A DNA stretch of 63,798 bases, filler included, from Collodictyon triciliatum (GCA_043381765.1; 15 parts of 15 records of this genome joined end to end with filler, not necessarily neighbours in it); one strand, 5' to 3'; counted from the whole stretch's first letter, positions 1 through 16,148 are shown. Notes: generated by a model from the letters alone, not told the origin. Numbers and translations: made by a program.

Positions 1-27
1 CCATTTTTCTTTTTACGATATCTCAAA

Positions 28-127
28 AACAAACAAACAAACAAACAAACAAACAAACAAACAAACAAACAAACAAACAAACAAACAAACAAACAAACAA
101 ACAAACAAACAAACAAACAAACAAACA
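28..127. repeat. (AAAC)n microsatellite
   Basis: Perfect tetranucleotide array just downstream of the minus-strand gene. Confidence 0.95.
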
Positions 128-177
128 AGAAAAACCCCTTAAAGATATAAAAATAAATGGGCTAGAGAGTGCTCCAA

Positions 178-3100
178 TCAACACACCTCAACATCAAGGA
201 GTTGGTGCGAACGCCTGCGATTGAGAATGAACCAGGCGATGGAGCCAATGAGAAGCAGACCAACCACAGAGCAGACTGCTATAAAAGCAATGGCTGTGGA
301 AGAGAGTTCCTCTGAAGACGTCTTTGGAGGGTCAGTTGGCACGATGATTTCCTCGTCAACTGGAAAAGCATAATAAACGAATGAGATTACTTGCACGTAG
401 ATGGAGAAAGAGGGAGAGACCCAACGACGAAAGAAAAGCACGGCAGAATTGTCCCTGTATATTCCATTATATTTATTGAAAGTTCCAAACAAACCAAGAA
501 ATCCTGTGACCAAGCTGAAATGATTCAACGATCCGAAGGCGACCACGTTTCTGGCCGATGATGTTACGTAGGTACTGTTGAAGGTTTTCGCCCACGCTTT
601 TCCATCCGAGGACACAAACAAATAAATACTCTTTCCATCTGGGAGGTCATTGTCGAGCCTATTAGAAAATAATAGTTATAATCATATTCAAACTCATCCT
701 ACTTCTTATCGATTCTCTTTTCCCTTCTAAATAAATCCAATATCTGAATGCTGTATATGTTTAATTGTTCATCATAGTCATTAATTTCTCTCAAACATGA
801 ACGTACACGATTGTGAAAGACATTTGGACATATGTCTGGAACTTTGTTCCTGACGGCTCAAGTTTATAAACCGGGGTAATGATCTCGGCCTCTGGTGTGG
901 GTGGCCTCAACTCGGATGGGATAATTCCTTCTCTATGGTATGAAATGCTTGTGTGACGAGAATGCGGGCCTTCTGCAGCGCAACTATATCGTGCAATTAT
1001 ATAGCCACATCTTCTTATGCGCACATGCCATCCACACTTACGAGATGGACACGACGACAGGAGATGAGACGGCTCCTGGTGGGAAAGATATGGCAAATGA
1101 AGGTGCGAATATAACGCCACCAGTTTCGTTAATCTGATGACAGAAATACGCAGCGTTAGAGAAGAAAAGGATATGAAATTTAAAAAACACAAATCAAAGA
1201 AAAAGTAAACTATGGAACCTCCTTCTCCGCATAAACACATTTGTTACTAGGGAAGAATGCCTCTGGGTCGTAGTTAATGGCACGGGAGTCGGTACAACCT
1301 ATGATTTGAGAATAAAAAAAAATAATCTTAAATAATAAACCATTGAAAACGGTACTTAATTGAAACAAAGTGAATCAGTTATCTATCAGAAACCTGTTTT
1401 TCCTGGGACCAAGCCAAGGATACCAATCCCCACACAGATATCGAGTGCTACACGACATGTTGTGATGAGAGACAAAAATTCACCGAGATAAATGAGAAAT
1501 AATTCTCTGTTATTGAATTCATTCTAATTGCTGAGTTTTGTTCATCAATATCGGAAATACTCGACAGGAAAAAAAAAACTTTTGTACATACAACTTCCTA
1601 ATAATTAAACTTTTTGGTTTAAACCTGAATTTTTAGCCAGGCAGAGTGAGCGGCCAGTTGAGTTGAATTCTGGTGCTGCATTAGATAAAATAAGCTTTAA
1701 AGGATTTTCTTAATGTTTGACATGACGTCAAGATACATAGTTCTAACTTTGGAGACATGAGAGAGCGAGGCGAGGGTCATTTTCCATAGGTTGCATCTCA
1801 CTTACAAAAATAACTTGTCTTTTCCGACAAAACAGTATCAACCGACCCGTCAGGAGACGTAGTAAACAATCCCTGATGGCAATATGAATCGTCTCTTTCA
1901 GATACATACAGAAAGTACAGTGATCGTATGTGCTGTAAAAATTCATACGAGAGGTCCGATATACGATCCAACAGTCGATTGGTATGCCCGGGTATCTCCG
2001 AACTATTGCAAGGTATAAAAGTCGCACAGAATTAACCGCTAAGATGATATCATCATCAACTGGGGTATTGAAATATTTACATAGCATACACCATCTTGGG
2101 GTGAAAAACTTCGTGAAAATAAAAAATAAAGAGGATTTCATTTTTCGGTAAGTTTAGTTGATTGTGTGCTTATAAATAATGCCATGAATCCTTTCAATAT
2201 ATTATTTATGCAAAGATAACAAACCTCATAAAGTTTGACTATGTACTGGGTCGATGGGTCCAATCCGTTGAGCCGAACTACCGTATTGGTCACTTTCAGC
2301 ACAGCCTTCGTTTCAGAAGATAAAAAAAACTCATAAAGTGAGGAAATAGCAATTCTAATCCTAATCATTATAATGGTAAGCCAATTCCAAAAAAAAAAAA
2401 GAAAAAAGAAAAAAGAAAAAAGAAAAAAGAAAAAAGAAAAAAGAAAAAAGAAAAAAGAAAAAAGAAAAAAGAAAAAAGAAAAAAGAAAAAAGAAAAAAGC
2501 TTGGACAAAACAATACATTTGGCGCATCAGGAATGACTTGAGCATATCCAGACAAAGGTATCTGATTGGAATCGACGAAAACAGTAGACAATTTCCCAGA
2601 TTGATAAGCTGATATTGCAAAATATTTTGAAAAAAAAGGGAGCAATTAGCATCTACTATATTGTAAATCCTCGTTAAAATTATGATAAAAAATTCGATAC
2701 AGCAACAAAAACTTAAATGCAGCGGAGCATAAATCACAAACCTGATGTGGCTTGATTTTCGACTCCATAAACCACAAACTGAATCCCAATGACACCGAAG
2801 GCCAGAATATTGACCGGGGCACCTAAAACAACCAACCAGAATAAATTCGGATGAGGGAGTTTTATATCAATAAAAGAAAATTAGATTGTTTTCAATGAAG
2901 TTAGCTATATGAAGCAAGATAGAGTAATAAGTTCAATAAATATAATACCAGTGCTTAAATAAATTATTAAAAAAATTCATATTAATATAATGTAAATATC
3001 ATACTGCAATGGTGAAGGGCGAAATATATAAATGTAAAAGGAAATGTCTTAATACGCAATTGATCAAACACAAACCAGGGGTCGGGTCAAACACACTCTC

Positions 3101-3804
3101 GTATAAAACAGCCATTCGCCCAATTATCGAATATATACCGGTTAGGTTCATAGAGTACGTAAACTCGTAGATACTCGTCCCATCTCTAAAGGAAATTACT
3201 GGATACTAAAATAGGAGTTAATAGGCTTGCTCAAAAAATCCTGCACTATTTGTTAAATAATTAAAATTACTGATTAAATTCAATAAAAAATTACAATTTT
3301 TTATTTATCTTTAGGCTCACCATATATCCACTAGGGCCGGTGGGGTAAGGTTCAGCAATTATTTCTTTTTCAAAAGGATTGAAAATTCCGCCAAGCTCAG
3401 AAACTTGTGTAGCAGTTTCATTGCCCCACTTGGGATTCATAAGGAAAAATATTAAATCAAATGAAAATAAGAAAAAGAAACGAAGCATATACTAAGGAAG
3501 TACCATATGAATCATGAGACCGAATTGGGACTCTGGAGTCATATTCTCAAAAGTGCCACTGACAAGAACACGTTGGTTCCCCTAATATAGTTAAACATAG
3601 CTTCACTTTTTTTTTTTTAAAAAAAAAATTCAAATGAGGTACTGAATGAAATACATAACCAGACTGGTGATTTTAGTGGGGTGTAAGTTGCTAAATACAG
3701 CGTACGATGTCGATGAAGTACAATTTTCCAAGGGACTTGTATGAGGGGTTAATTGGTCGCAAGTAAGCGTATGCCTTTGGGACCTCTGATTTCGGGGTGC
3801 TTGA
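178..3804 (-). CDS. Type-I membrane protein, 5'-partial, multi-exon: ectodomain with FN3-like repeat and ZU5-like domain ending in HFS, one TM helix, short tail
   Basis: Spliced exons give VVRLNGLDPSTQYIVKLYE (FN3-like, ~2225-2285); INETGGVIFAPSFAISFPPGAVSSPVVVSI (~1040-1133) and ITPVYKLEPSGTKFQTYVQMSF (~815-885), both ZU5 signatures; GSLNHFSL (~511-535); TM AIAFIAVCSVVGLLLIGSIAWFIL then NRRR; stop at 178. Confidence 0.7.
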
Positions 3805-4037
3805 CTAGGGTGTTATCAAGTCGATGAGAATCAGCAATTTCTGATATAACCATTATCGATATTTATTTTAAAAAAAGGAGATAAAAGGGGTTTCAGTGGC
3901 GCACAAGTATTTTGAGACTTTACAGAAAATATCAAGATGGATACGAGAAATATTTGTGTTAACAGAAAATTAAGAATATATATAGTTCGCATGCTTGGCT
4001 TTAATCATTCACTTACAAATGTAGCATATCGAGTCTT

Positions 4038-4256
4038 AGATTGAGATTGAGATTGAGATTGAGATTGAGATTGAGATTGAGATTGAGATTGAGATTGAGA
4101 TTGAGATTGAGATTGAGATTGAGATTGAGATTGAGATTGAGACTGAGATTGAGATTGAGACTGAGACTGAGACTGAGACTGGGATTGGGATTGGGACTGA
4201 GACTGAGACTGAGACTGAGACTGAGATTGAGATTGAGACTGAGACTGAGACTGAGA
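4038..4256. repeat. (TTGAGA/CTGAGA)n hexanucleotide microsatellite at contig end
   Basis: Directly visible; produces the spurious (LR)n ORF. Confidence 0.95.
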
Positions 4257-4356
4257 NNNNNNNNNNNNNNNNNNNNNNNNNNNNNNNNNNNNNNNNNNNN
4301 TTAATTAATTAANNNNNNNNNNNNNNNNNNNNNNNNNNNNNNNNNNNNNNNNNNNN
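4257..4356. other. Artificial contig spacer (N44-TTAATTAATTAA-N44)
   Basis: The same 100-nt spacer, with stops in all six frames, recurs at 8610, 12963, 17321, 21673, 26023, 30373, 34723, 39072, 43420, 47767, 52113, 56456 and 60800. Confidence 0.98.
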
Positions 4357-5129
4357 TTTACTATCATCATAGCATTCAGTAGCCCCGATTCCTTGAACTT
4401 GTGGGTTGTTCTTGATTAGCGCATGTGATAAATGTGTGCATTCTGAATACCGAACAAGTAATGAAGTCGTGTAAAATATGTAAATATAATTATTAATGTT
4501 ACATGCAATCAAATAATTGCAACAGAATAAATCAATCGAATGATAATGTCGAAAAAATTAAATAAACTATATAATATCCGCTTTTGTATATTTTAGATCA
4601 TTTCTATTCGTGGAATTATTCAGATGCATTTGCTTCAGTTCAATCTGCTTTTGTACATATTTACGCGTTATGAAAGTTTTTTTTATTTTGCCTTCCTCTT
4701 AGTATTATATTGAAAAAGAAGCAAAGCTGCAGAGTTTCTGTCAGAATAGTTATTATGCTGCGTATGCCTCAGGGATTTATGGGCAATGAAGGACAGAGAT
4801 CAACAAATGGTTGAGCAGAAGCCTCAAACCCCGCAAATTATAACAAGTGAAATGAGAGGTGGTTGAGAAATGCCAAGTTTGAGACTGTCTGGTCTCCTCC
4901 AATATTAGTTCAGCTTGCATGAGGAAGATCTTGAACTCTAAATAAGAACCCTCACATGCCCGTCGATGAGGATATCAAACTTGAGTTGCTTATCTCATTT
5001 GTATTTGCAGATTTTGGACGCAACTTCGTAGTGGACTTCTCGAGATAAGCGACAAGCTCTTCGGCATCCGCGACGCTGACAAAGCCTGTTCTTGGGGTGA
5101 CCAGGATTACAACCGATTTGATAGTGGTG

Positions 5130-5908
5130 AAGATCTTTGAGCTCAGCCTTGACTTGTCGGGAATCGATGCGAGTTTCGTAGTTTCTATCCCAGCGTATGT
5201 GGTTCAGAACTGCGAGTCAAGAAGGACATGGTACGATGGGAGAGAGGAGGAAATTCACCGGCCCGTGACTCTTGTGCTGACCTGATTCTATAGTGATGCC
5301 TCATATGAATATACTTTACTCAAGATAGACCAGAATACCATCTCATACGAGTTGGTGTCACTAGGCAGCCAATACCTTTTTCAATCTCGAAAGGCCTCGG
5401 TCACAAGTTCTTTGGGCCTTCGAAGCCACTCAACTAGTTGATGGACGCGCCAATTTTCACAAGGCTGATTTCGGTCAGCTCGGAAATGCCGCTCACAAGC
5501 AGGAAGTTTTAGATCTTGAGGTCACAGTGCTGAATGAACCTTCGGCCATGTGAATGCAGGTATAAAAGGCCTTGAATTACATGCATGCCATATTTGAGGT
5601 GATGTCGTCTAAGTGCCATGTAATTTTTATGAACAAGCAGAGCTCTTCGACTTCTGTAGACTCCATGGAAAGAGCAGGTGGTTGCCCCAGAATCCGAAGT
5701 AGTAGAACGCCATGGTATTTGGGTGGTGCTGCAGCTCGAACATGATGTTGCCCTTTTCTCGGCCAAAGCCTTTGGCAACTGCAAAGAGAGATATGTCACT
5801 TACCCTTCTTGACGGTAAAGAGGCTCTCCTTCGACTACACCTCAAGACCAAACCAAAGGCACCCGTGCCCAAGATATTTTTCATTTTTCTATCAAAGTAT
5901 GTGGTCAA
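5130..5908 (-). pseudogene. Decayed intronless protein kinase (TKL-like)
   Basis: Gly loop ILGTGAFGLV, LQHHPN, QGLLYLHSHGRRFIQHCDLKI*NFLL with an in-frame TAA in the catalytic loop, DFG position reads EIS, subdomain XI-like WDRNYETRIDSRQVKAELKDL near 5130-5200; several frameshifts and stops. Confidence 0.75.
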
Positions 5909-8450
5909 GAACTCCGTGTTGTTTTCTGAGGGGCATGTAACAGGTGATGGGTCGTTTGAGTGAGATGTTTCATGTAGTGTAGTCAGGAAATGGATTGCGG
6001 AGGATGAATTTTTTTTTTTTACTAACTTGCTGATTCTTCGTTTTTATGCGTTTCTCAATGTTGCAGGTTCTATCTGGGATATCGACCTGAAGGGAGTATG
6101 TTGGCCGTGTACCATCTCGTATGTACGTGTGCCTACATGTAGTAGAGTTGCAGAGCGTGGATGTGTTTCTAACTATTATATCATGTATTTTTTCCGGGAA
6201 ATAAGTGTTGAGATGTCACACGATGCCCTTCTTATGGCTTGTCTGCAAATGTGTTTCATCCAGAGCTTCAGATTTATGGGCGCTTGAATTTGTGTTGTAA
6301 GCCTCTCTATCTGCGCACATCGCTGTTAGCCTCTTTTTATTCCAACATTAATGAAAATATATCGTGTTGTTTTATACACCAAATTGTTTTAGTTTGTCAA
6401 ACATGGTTTTTCTTACGAGAATAAAACTTGTTCCAAAGTTGCGTTCCATTATTTATGTCAACGGGAGAAGCCTGGCAGGTATAAGGTTAAAACTTTTTAA
6501 TTTTTTTAATTTAATTTGGAGTAGCTGTACAGTCGCGGAGCCTTTAAAAGATAGATTTTGGGAAACTACCAGATCTTTGCAAGCTCTTCAGAAATATCTG
6601 TTCGGTTAGACGTCATGGCAAGAATGAGGCGGGGACTGTGCAGGCGAGTGTGCTGGATTTTTGTGAGTGTCTTGCATACTTTTTATTTGTTAAGTGAATA
6701 CGCGTGACAGAACACACAAAAAGAGCGGCACGGCTGCGTGAGGGACATAGATACTTAGAATTGTTGTGAGGGGTGGGGCTGACTGTCGAAAAAGAAAAAA
6801 ATAGTTGAATAAATCAGCTTGATACTTGTTTTTAATCAAAAAAAAACTTGCCTGGTAGTAAATGTTTAGCTCCGACCTGACATCAAAATATGCATACAAG
6901 TGAATGCGTGTTTTCAAACAGTCATTGTCCTTTCGTGCTGTTGGTAGCAGCATACCGCCCAATTTAACGGATATTTAGTAGTGATTGCTACGGTAAATAA
7001 TTTATTTGCAATTAATGAATTTCAATGATTAATTGATTATCATTTATATTGCTGCTTTTACTTTATGCAGGATGGGCGGTGTTGCCTTGGTTCGCTAGCC
7101 TTTATTTGGACAGACACCACTTGGACTTGGCGGCGCACAGGTAAATATCTATCGATTAATTTCATTTTATACACCGATTCTTTTTTTTTTTTTGACTATT
7201 TATCAAGAATATATCCTAAATTTTCTAAGCCTCATTTTTTTCTATCAGTCGGTATTTTTTATCAATATGAATTTGGGTGCAAATGAATGGATTGTATCGC
7301 ACGTGTGGACACTAAAATATCTTACTAAAGGATTTCCAACCCAATTGCACACTCGCATCGATTATGATGTGAAATCCAATAAATTGGTATTGAGCAAATG
7401 GTGGGACAAATGCATTTTTTTTTCAAGGAGCTCGTCCCATTCGACCAGGCAGACCAGTTAAGATTCTACATTGTACGACTGAAGGTATTAAGTTGCTGTT
7501 TTTTTTTGCTTTTTTTACACCAAAGGCGGTCAAACACACTCAACTCTCCGCAATTTCTCGATGACCATTGCATTTTCTAATTTCTTTCGATATGAAATCA
7601 CTAGTCCGAATCCTTACATACTGTAGAAAATGAGTCGATGAGCCGATACTATAGGCATTAATGACCCGCCGATAGTCAAAAGCTGGAAACACGCTCGCAT
7701 TCTTCGCTACTCTGACCGCAAGCGAAGGGAGATGTGGGAACGTGTCGTGCGATATCTCCCACAGCATATCCAACCCCTGCTACCCACGCAACCAATCAAC
7801 CACTTGGGACGCCCTCCTGACCAACTCGCTATAATTGATTATCTTCCAGTACTAGCCTATCCACAGTTGCATCTTCTCCTCACGTTTGCTCTATCATGCG
7901 CTCCTATCTCGCCTCTTGTATGGCATAACCTTGTTGCACTATGAATCGAGAATAAAGGGAAGTAGTGAACAAAAGAAGGGTCGTGTCAAGATATGCAAAT
8001 AAGATGGGCTTCACAAACAAAAACAAAAAAATGCATTCTAATAAAAAAAAATTTATCAACTCGCTTCAAACCTGAACCAAGTCGTGCCATTTTGATATAA
8101 AAAATATTGATGACACTTGCAACGATTCCATCACACATAAACCTCCAATTTATTGAGATTGTGGTATCTCATAGGAATTAAAATCATTCAGAAATGCTAA
8201 TATGTGCATTAAATACAACTATCATCATTATCACTCAGTGCTGTGCCTTATACTCTGTTCATTTATGCATCTTTCAAATTTTTTGTTATACTTTCCAGGT
8301 TTGCAATCCAACGACACAGAGACGATTCAGCTTTCCGTTATTTCCAACGACTAGTTCGCTGGCTTCTGCTTTTATTCGATTGGTGTGGGATTCATCTGAT
8401 TCATGGTTGAAAGCTTTTTTTTTTTTTTTTTGTGAAGTGTTGTCGCTGCA

Positions 8451-8609
8451 TCAGCAAAAGATGAGGGAAAGGTTATTGGGGGTTGGCAGAGAAGGCCGAG
8501 ACCGACTTCTGCGAAAGACTCGTGGCATAGAAAGTGCCGTCGAGTCCGAAGCAGGCGCCCAGGCAGCCGTCCAAGAGGATGCGGTGCTGAATCGTGCCCT
8601 GGTAGTTGT
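8451..8609 (-). CDS. 3' end of a probable beta-propeller (NHL-like) protein
   Basis: GC-rich open frame NYQGTIQHRILLDGCLGACFGLDGTFYATSLSQKSVSAFSANPNNLSLIFC* cut by the contig end; G-x-x-F-x-x-DG-x-x-Y blade pattern. Confidence 0.45.
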   Translation of the reverse strand, partial: TTTRARFSTASSWTAAWAPASDSTALSMPRVFRRSRSRPSLPTPNNLSLIFC

Positions 8610-8711
8610 NNNNNNNNNNNNNNNNNNNNNNNNNNNNNNNNNNNNNNNNNNNNTTAATTAATTAANNNNNNNNNNNNNNNNNNNNNNNNNNNNNNNNNNN
8701 NNNNNNNNNAA

Positions 8712-8777
<66 letters not shown>

Positions 8778-8818
8778 GAAGCGCAAATGTCATTTTATAG
8801 TAGAAATGATTCGCCCTA

Positions 8819-12663
<3,845 letters not shown>

Positions 12664-13202
12664 CGCAGGTGCTTTCGTGGCCGAAATCAGAAAAGGATCC
12701 TTGACCTAAGATAACCAGCGTCAAGTTATACAAGAGTCTGGGGAATAAGAGACAGTATGGATGGATGGCTTCTCTTTTCTATCTTGTGGGTGTATTTCCT
12801 TTTCTTTGTTTTTTGTTTTCTGTTTTTCTGTTTTTCTTTTTCTTATTTCCTTTTCTTTGTTTTTTTGTTTTCTTTTTCTTTTTCTTTTTCTTTTTCTTTT
12901 TCTTTTTCTTTTTCTTTTTCTTTTTCTTTTTCTTTTTCTTTTTCTTTTTCTTTTTCTTTTTCNNNNNNNNNNNNNNNNNNNNNNNNNNNNNNNNNNNNNN
13001 NNNNNNTTAATTAATTAANNNNNNNNNNNNNNNNNNNNNNNNNNNNNNNNNNNNNNNNNNNNTTCTCTTTCTCTTTCTCTTTCTCTTTCTCTTTCTCTTT
13101 CTCTTTCTCTTTCTCTTTCTCTTTCTCTTTCTCTTTCTCTTTCTCTTTCTCTTTCTCTTTCTCCTTATGCAGTCCGCTTATTGAGATATTTTGATTTATA
13201 AG

Positions 13203-16148
13203 TTATTTTTTTTGATCATGAAACAAAGAAACATAGGGCAACTTCACAACTCTCTTGTCGAAACAAACGCATCGAGTAGGATTTCGAAAGAGTGAGTATA
13301 GTCGTCGAGTTTGGAAAATAAAAAGATTAATCAAACACGATTGCAGAAGCCCTCTGGTAGTAAGTGTACCTATCAGAGTATCAAAAACTCTATCTTGAAC
13401 ATGATGAACTGAATTTTGACCAACCATGAACCACAGTATGCCAGTGTATACTCCTACGGAAAGAACAACAGGTATATTTTCAAAACTAAAGAACAGTACT
13501 TCCTCCCACTTGTTGGCGAAAGCATCGTAATACCTTTGCTTCTTTTGGTTGTGTTTGAGTAGCTCGCCAATCGCATCGTCCCGTTGTTTATTCAGCTCGT
13601 GGAATCCAAGCTTCTTTCTTAATAAAATTGAAATTCTAATCACATGATATAGTAGATCATAATTCCTCACCTCATCTTTTAAAAAACTGGCGTATAGTTT
13701 TGTTAGGCGGCTATTGAGGGCTTTGAAAGAGCAAGGTTGTGCGTCTATTAGCAGAGACTTGGAAAGGGTGACAAATAGGGCCACAAAAGCCCAGAAGCGC
13801 TGGAACTCTTCAAAGCATCGAAAATAGTCGACACTGAGAAGTAGAACCCCAATCCCGTTGATTGCAGAAAACATCGTTTCAAATGAACTCAGGGCGATTA
13901 GGGAGCCACCGGTTGAAAAGGACATGAAATGGGTGAATGTGGACAAAGCCCAGAGACCATAAAGGGTTACTCCAATCAACTTTTGGTTGGGAAAGACGTA
14001 GTACATGTCAATCGGAAAATAGATTGGGGCGACAACCATAAAGAAAACTGACAGAGTAAAGACTCTACGAGTGCTCCAGAGTATGAGTGCGCCTAGCTTT
14101 CTCCCAAAGAAGGTGTGGCCTAAGGTATAATCTGATGTGTAGAATCGGAAAGATTCCTCGGGCGTGAAGACAATACCGATGCGGGACAGTTCACGTGCTC
14201 TAACGTCTGAAATGGCAATTGTACTGTCAGACCTGGAGCGTGGATTGTCCTCAAGTTCCTCACGATGCCTGGATCTGGATGTCTCAGGGCTTTTAATATG
14301 ACTTGTTCCTACCTCAGGAGAGGTTGCCGTATGGTTTTTTCGAGATGAAGTTGAATGAGATACACCTGTATGAATTTGAGATTCCAAACTTTTTGATCCT
14401 TCTTTTTTACTAACGTTTTCTGGATAAAGCTCCTCTACCTGAACATGATTAGGTAAAAAATACGAGCTTTCCACAGATACTGGAGCACACGCGTGGACCA
14501 TATTATGTCTTTGATCAAACCGCATGCCAACATCTATCTTTTGTTTGCAAAGTATTCTAATGGAAGTATCAGTGTCGTTGTCTCTTTCGAGTGATGTAGC
14601 TTCGGGTACAAGAATGCGTGGGGAATGTGGTACAGATGAGCTTTTGACAATTTTATCGAAATATGTACCTTTCTTATCCAATAAATGGTCGTAGAATTCA
14701 TTTGACATGAAATATTTCCAGCCTTCGGCCAAAGGGATGCGATGAAGTTTCCTGTCGAAGGAATGGACCTTCATAGGTGATATAAAGCACATAAAAAGCC
14801 TTCGTAAACAAAAAAGTATGACATTTGCACTGCATGCCCGAAATACTGATGTCCATTTCACTGACACTGAAAACAGCATTACGGTAGCAGGATAATTTCG
14901 ATATATCGGATTTTTCTCGACGATGGCGTTCATCATGATTGGAGATGTGGCTCCAAGCAATAAAGAAACAATGGAATTAAGCCCTATAGTTTGGATCAAT
15001 TCCCATCTTCTTTCTTCAAGAAACCATCGGCCTATGTGTCTTCTGTAAAAGAGGCTAAGGACTTTGTAAAAATTCTGAAGAGATTTTATCACAAGGTGAT
15101 CTTTTGAAATCTCCACTATTTTAAATCGCTTGCGATAGACCGATGGGATATCTATGAATGAACCTGCCATTCCTGTAACGTTGTCTGGCTGATTCGAAGC
15201 ATAATCTTCGGGCATAGGATTGTCTTGACCTGCATTCTCGGGTAGAAAGCCACACCTTTCTTGTGAGCTCAAAACAGAGACATTACTTACCGGAGGGTTT
15301 TGTTTTAGAGGAAATGAGAGCTGACCAGTGGCTAGACGACCTTCATCAGGCAATTCATCGAATGTAATGGATGGGACCACATAAAACTGGTGATACCATA
15401 CTTGTATTCTTTTAAAGAGAAAGTTGAGCCGAGTCAAACTTGTTGGCCATGAATCAATAAATATTAGATCCAAATAACTCAATACATACAGTAGAAATGC
15501 AAAGGCACTGGTAGGAGACCAACCACATACGTTGATGAAGGCCGTAATCGAAAGAAAAATGTTAAGCGAAAGGTAAACAGTCTCAAAATGGAAAAACGAA
15601 TGAAAAACCATATCCTTTTGCATTAGAAAGAAAAATAGTGTGGGATAAATACTACTGACAACAAATATGCTGATATACGGAGCCACTCGTATTCTGTTGG
15701 GGTCACTAAATACATACAGTGCATAAGCGATACCAATACCGGTGCAACCCAGTAAGAATGGGCCGACCCGTTTGATGATTCTTGATATCCACCGGGTGGC
15801 TTTTTGTCCCCAAATCCAACTTCCAATAGTGTCAGAGTAATCCAGTGGGATAAATAAGTCCGAATCGGTTACAACAAACACTTTGTGTTTAAATATTGCT
15901 TCCAAAGAGCTGGTGTCAAAACAATCAGACTCGATCACCCAATTTTGTCGCCTTACTTTCTCAGTATCCTTAGCCTCTACCGCAGGGATTGGAGGAATTG
16001 ATGAAGGTTCCTCGTGTTGGCTCTGTGCGTCAGAGACGGCGTTGACGCAGCTGTTGCGGAATTCTGTGTTTTCGTTTAGCGGATGGCCTCCTACAATTTC
16101 CACTTTGGTGCCTCCTTTGTCTGACTTTGATGAACGCCTGACTTTCAT
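13203..16148 (-). CDS. Uncharacterised polytopic membrane protein with two tandem homologous ~6-TM domains
   Basis: Uninterrupted ~980-codon ORF (first ATG at 16148); hydrophobic helices in two blocks with matching motifs, separated by a Ser-rich linker. Confidence 0.85.
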   Translation of the reverse strand: MKVRRSSKSDKGGTKVEIVGGHPLNENTEFRNSCVNAVSDAQSQHEEPSSIPPIPAVEAKDTEKVRRQNWVIESDCFDTSSLEAIFKHKVFVVTDSDLFIPLDYSDTIGSWIWGQKATRWISRIIKRVGPFLLGCTGIGIAYALYVFSDPNRIRVAPYISIFVVSSIYPTLFFFLMQKDMVFHSFFHFETVYLSLNIFLSITAFINVCGWSPTSAFAFLLYVLSYLDLIFIDSWPTSLTRLNFLFKRIQVWYHQFYVVPSITFDELPDEGRLATGQLSFPLKQNPPVSNVSVLSSQERCGFLPENAGQDNPMPEDYASNQPDNVTGMAGSFIDIPSVYRKRFKIVEISKDHLVIKSLQNFYKVLSLFYRRHIGRWFLEERRWELIQTIGLNSIVSLLLGATSPIMMNAIVEKNPIYRNYPATVMLFSVSVKWTSVFRACSANVILFCLRRLFMCFISPMKVHSFDRKLHRIPLAEGWKYFMSNEFYDHLLDKKGTYFDKIVKSSSVPHSPRILVPEATSLERDNDTDTSIRILCKQKIDVGMRFDQRHNMVHACAPVSVESSYFLPNHVQVEELYPENVSKKEGSKSLESQIHTGVSHSTSSRKNHTATSPEVGTSHIKSPETSRSRHREELEDNPRSRSDSTIAISDVRARELSRIGIVFTPEESFRFYTSDYTLGHTFFGRKLGALILWSTRRVFTLSVFFMVVAPIYFPIDMYYVFPNQKLIGVTLYGLWALSTFTHFMSFSTGGSLIALSSFETMFSAINGIGVLLLSVDYFRCFEEFQRFWAFVALFVTLSKSLLIDAQPCSFKALNSRLTKLYASFLKDEVRNYDLLYHVIRISILLRKKLGFHELNKQRDDAIGELLKHNQKKQRYYDAFANKWEEVLFFSFENIPVVLSVGVYTGILWFMVGQNSVHHVQDRVFDTLIGTLTTRGLLQSCLINLFIFQTRRLYSLFRNPTRCVCFDKRVVKLPYVSLFHDQKK

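Noticed and set aside
5505-5515. In-frame TAA in the kinase catalytic loop as evidence of stop-codon reassignment
   Set aside because: The same gene has frameshifts and a lost DFG, and the exons I spliced in conserved genes (pabAB, ATG3, SPO11-3) and the two long ORFs have no internal stops.
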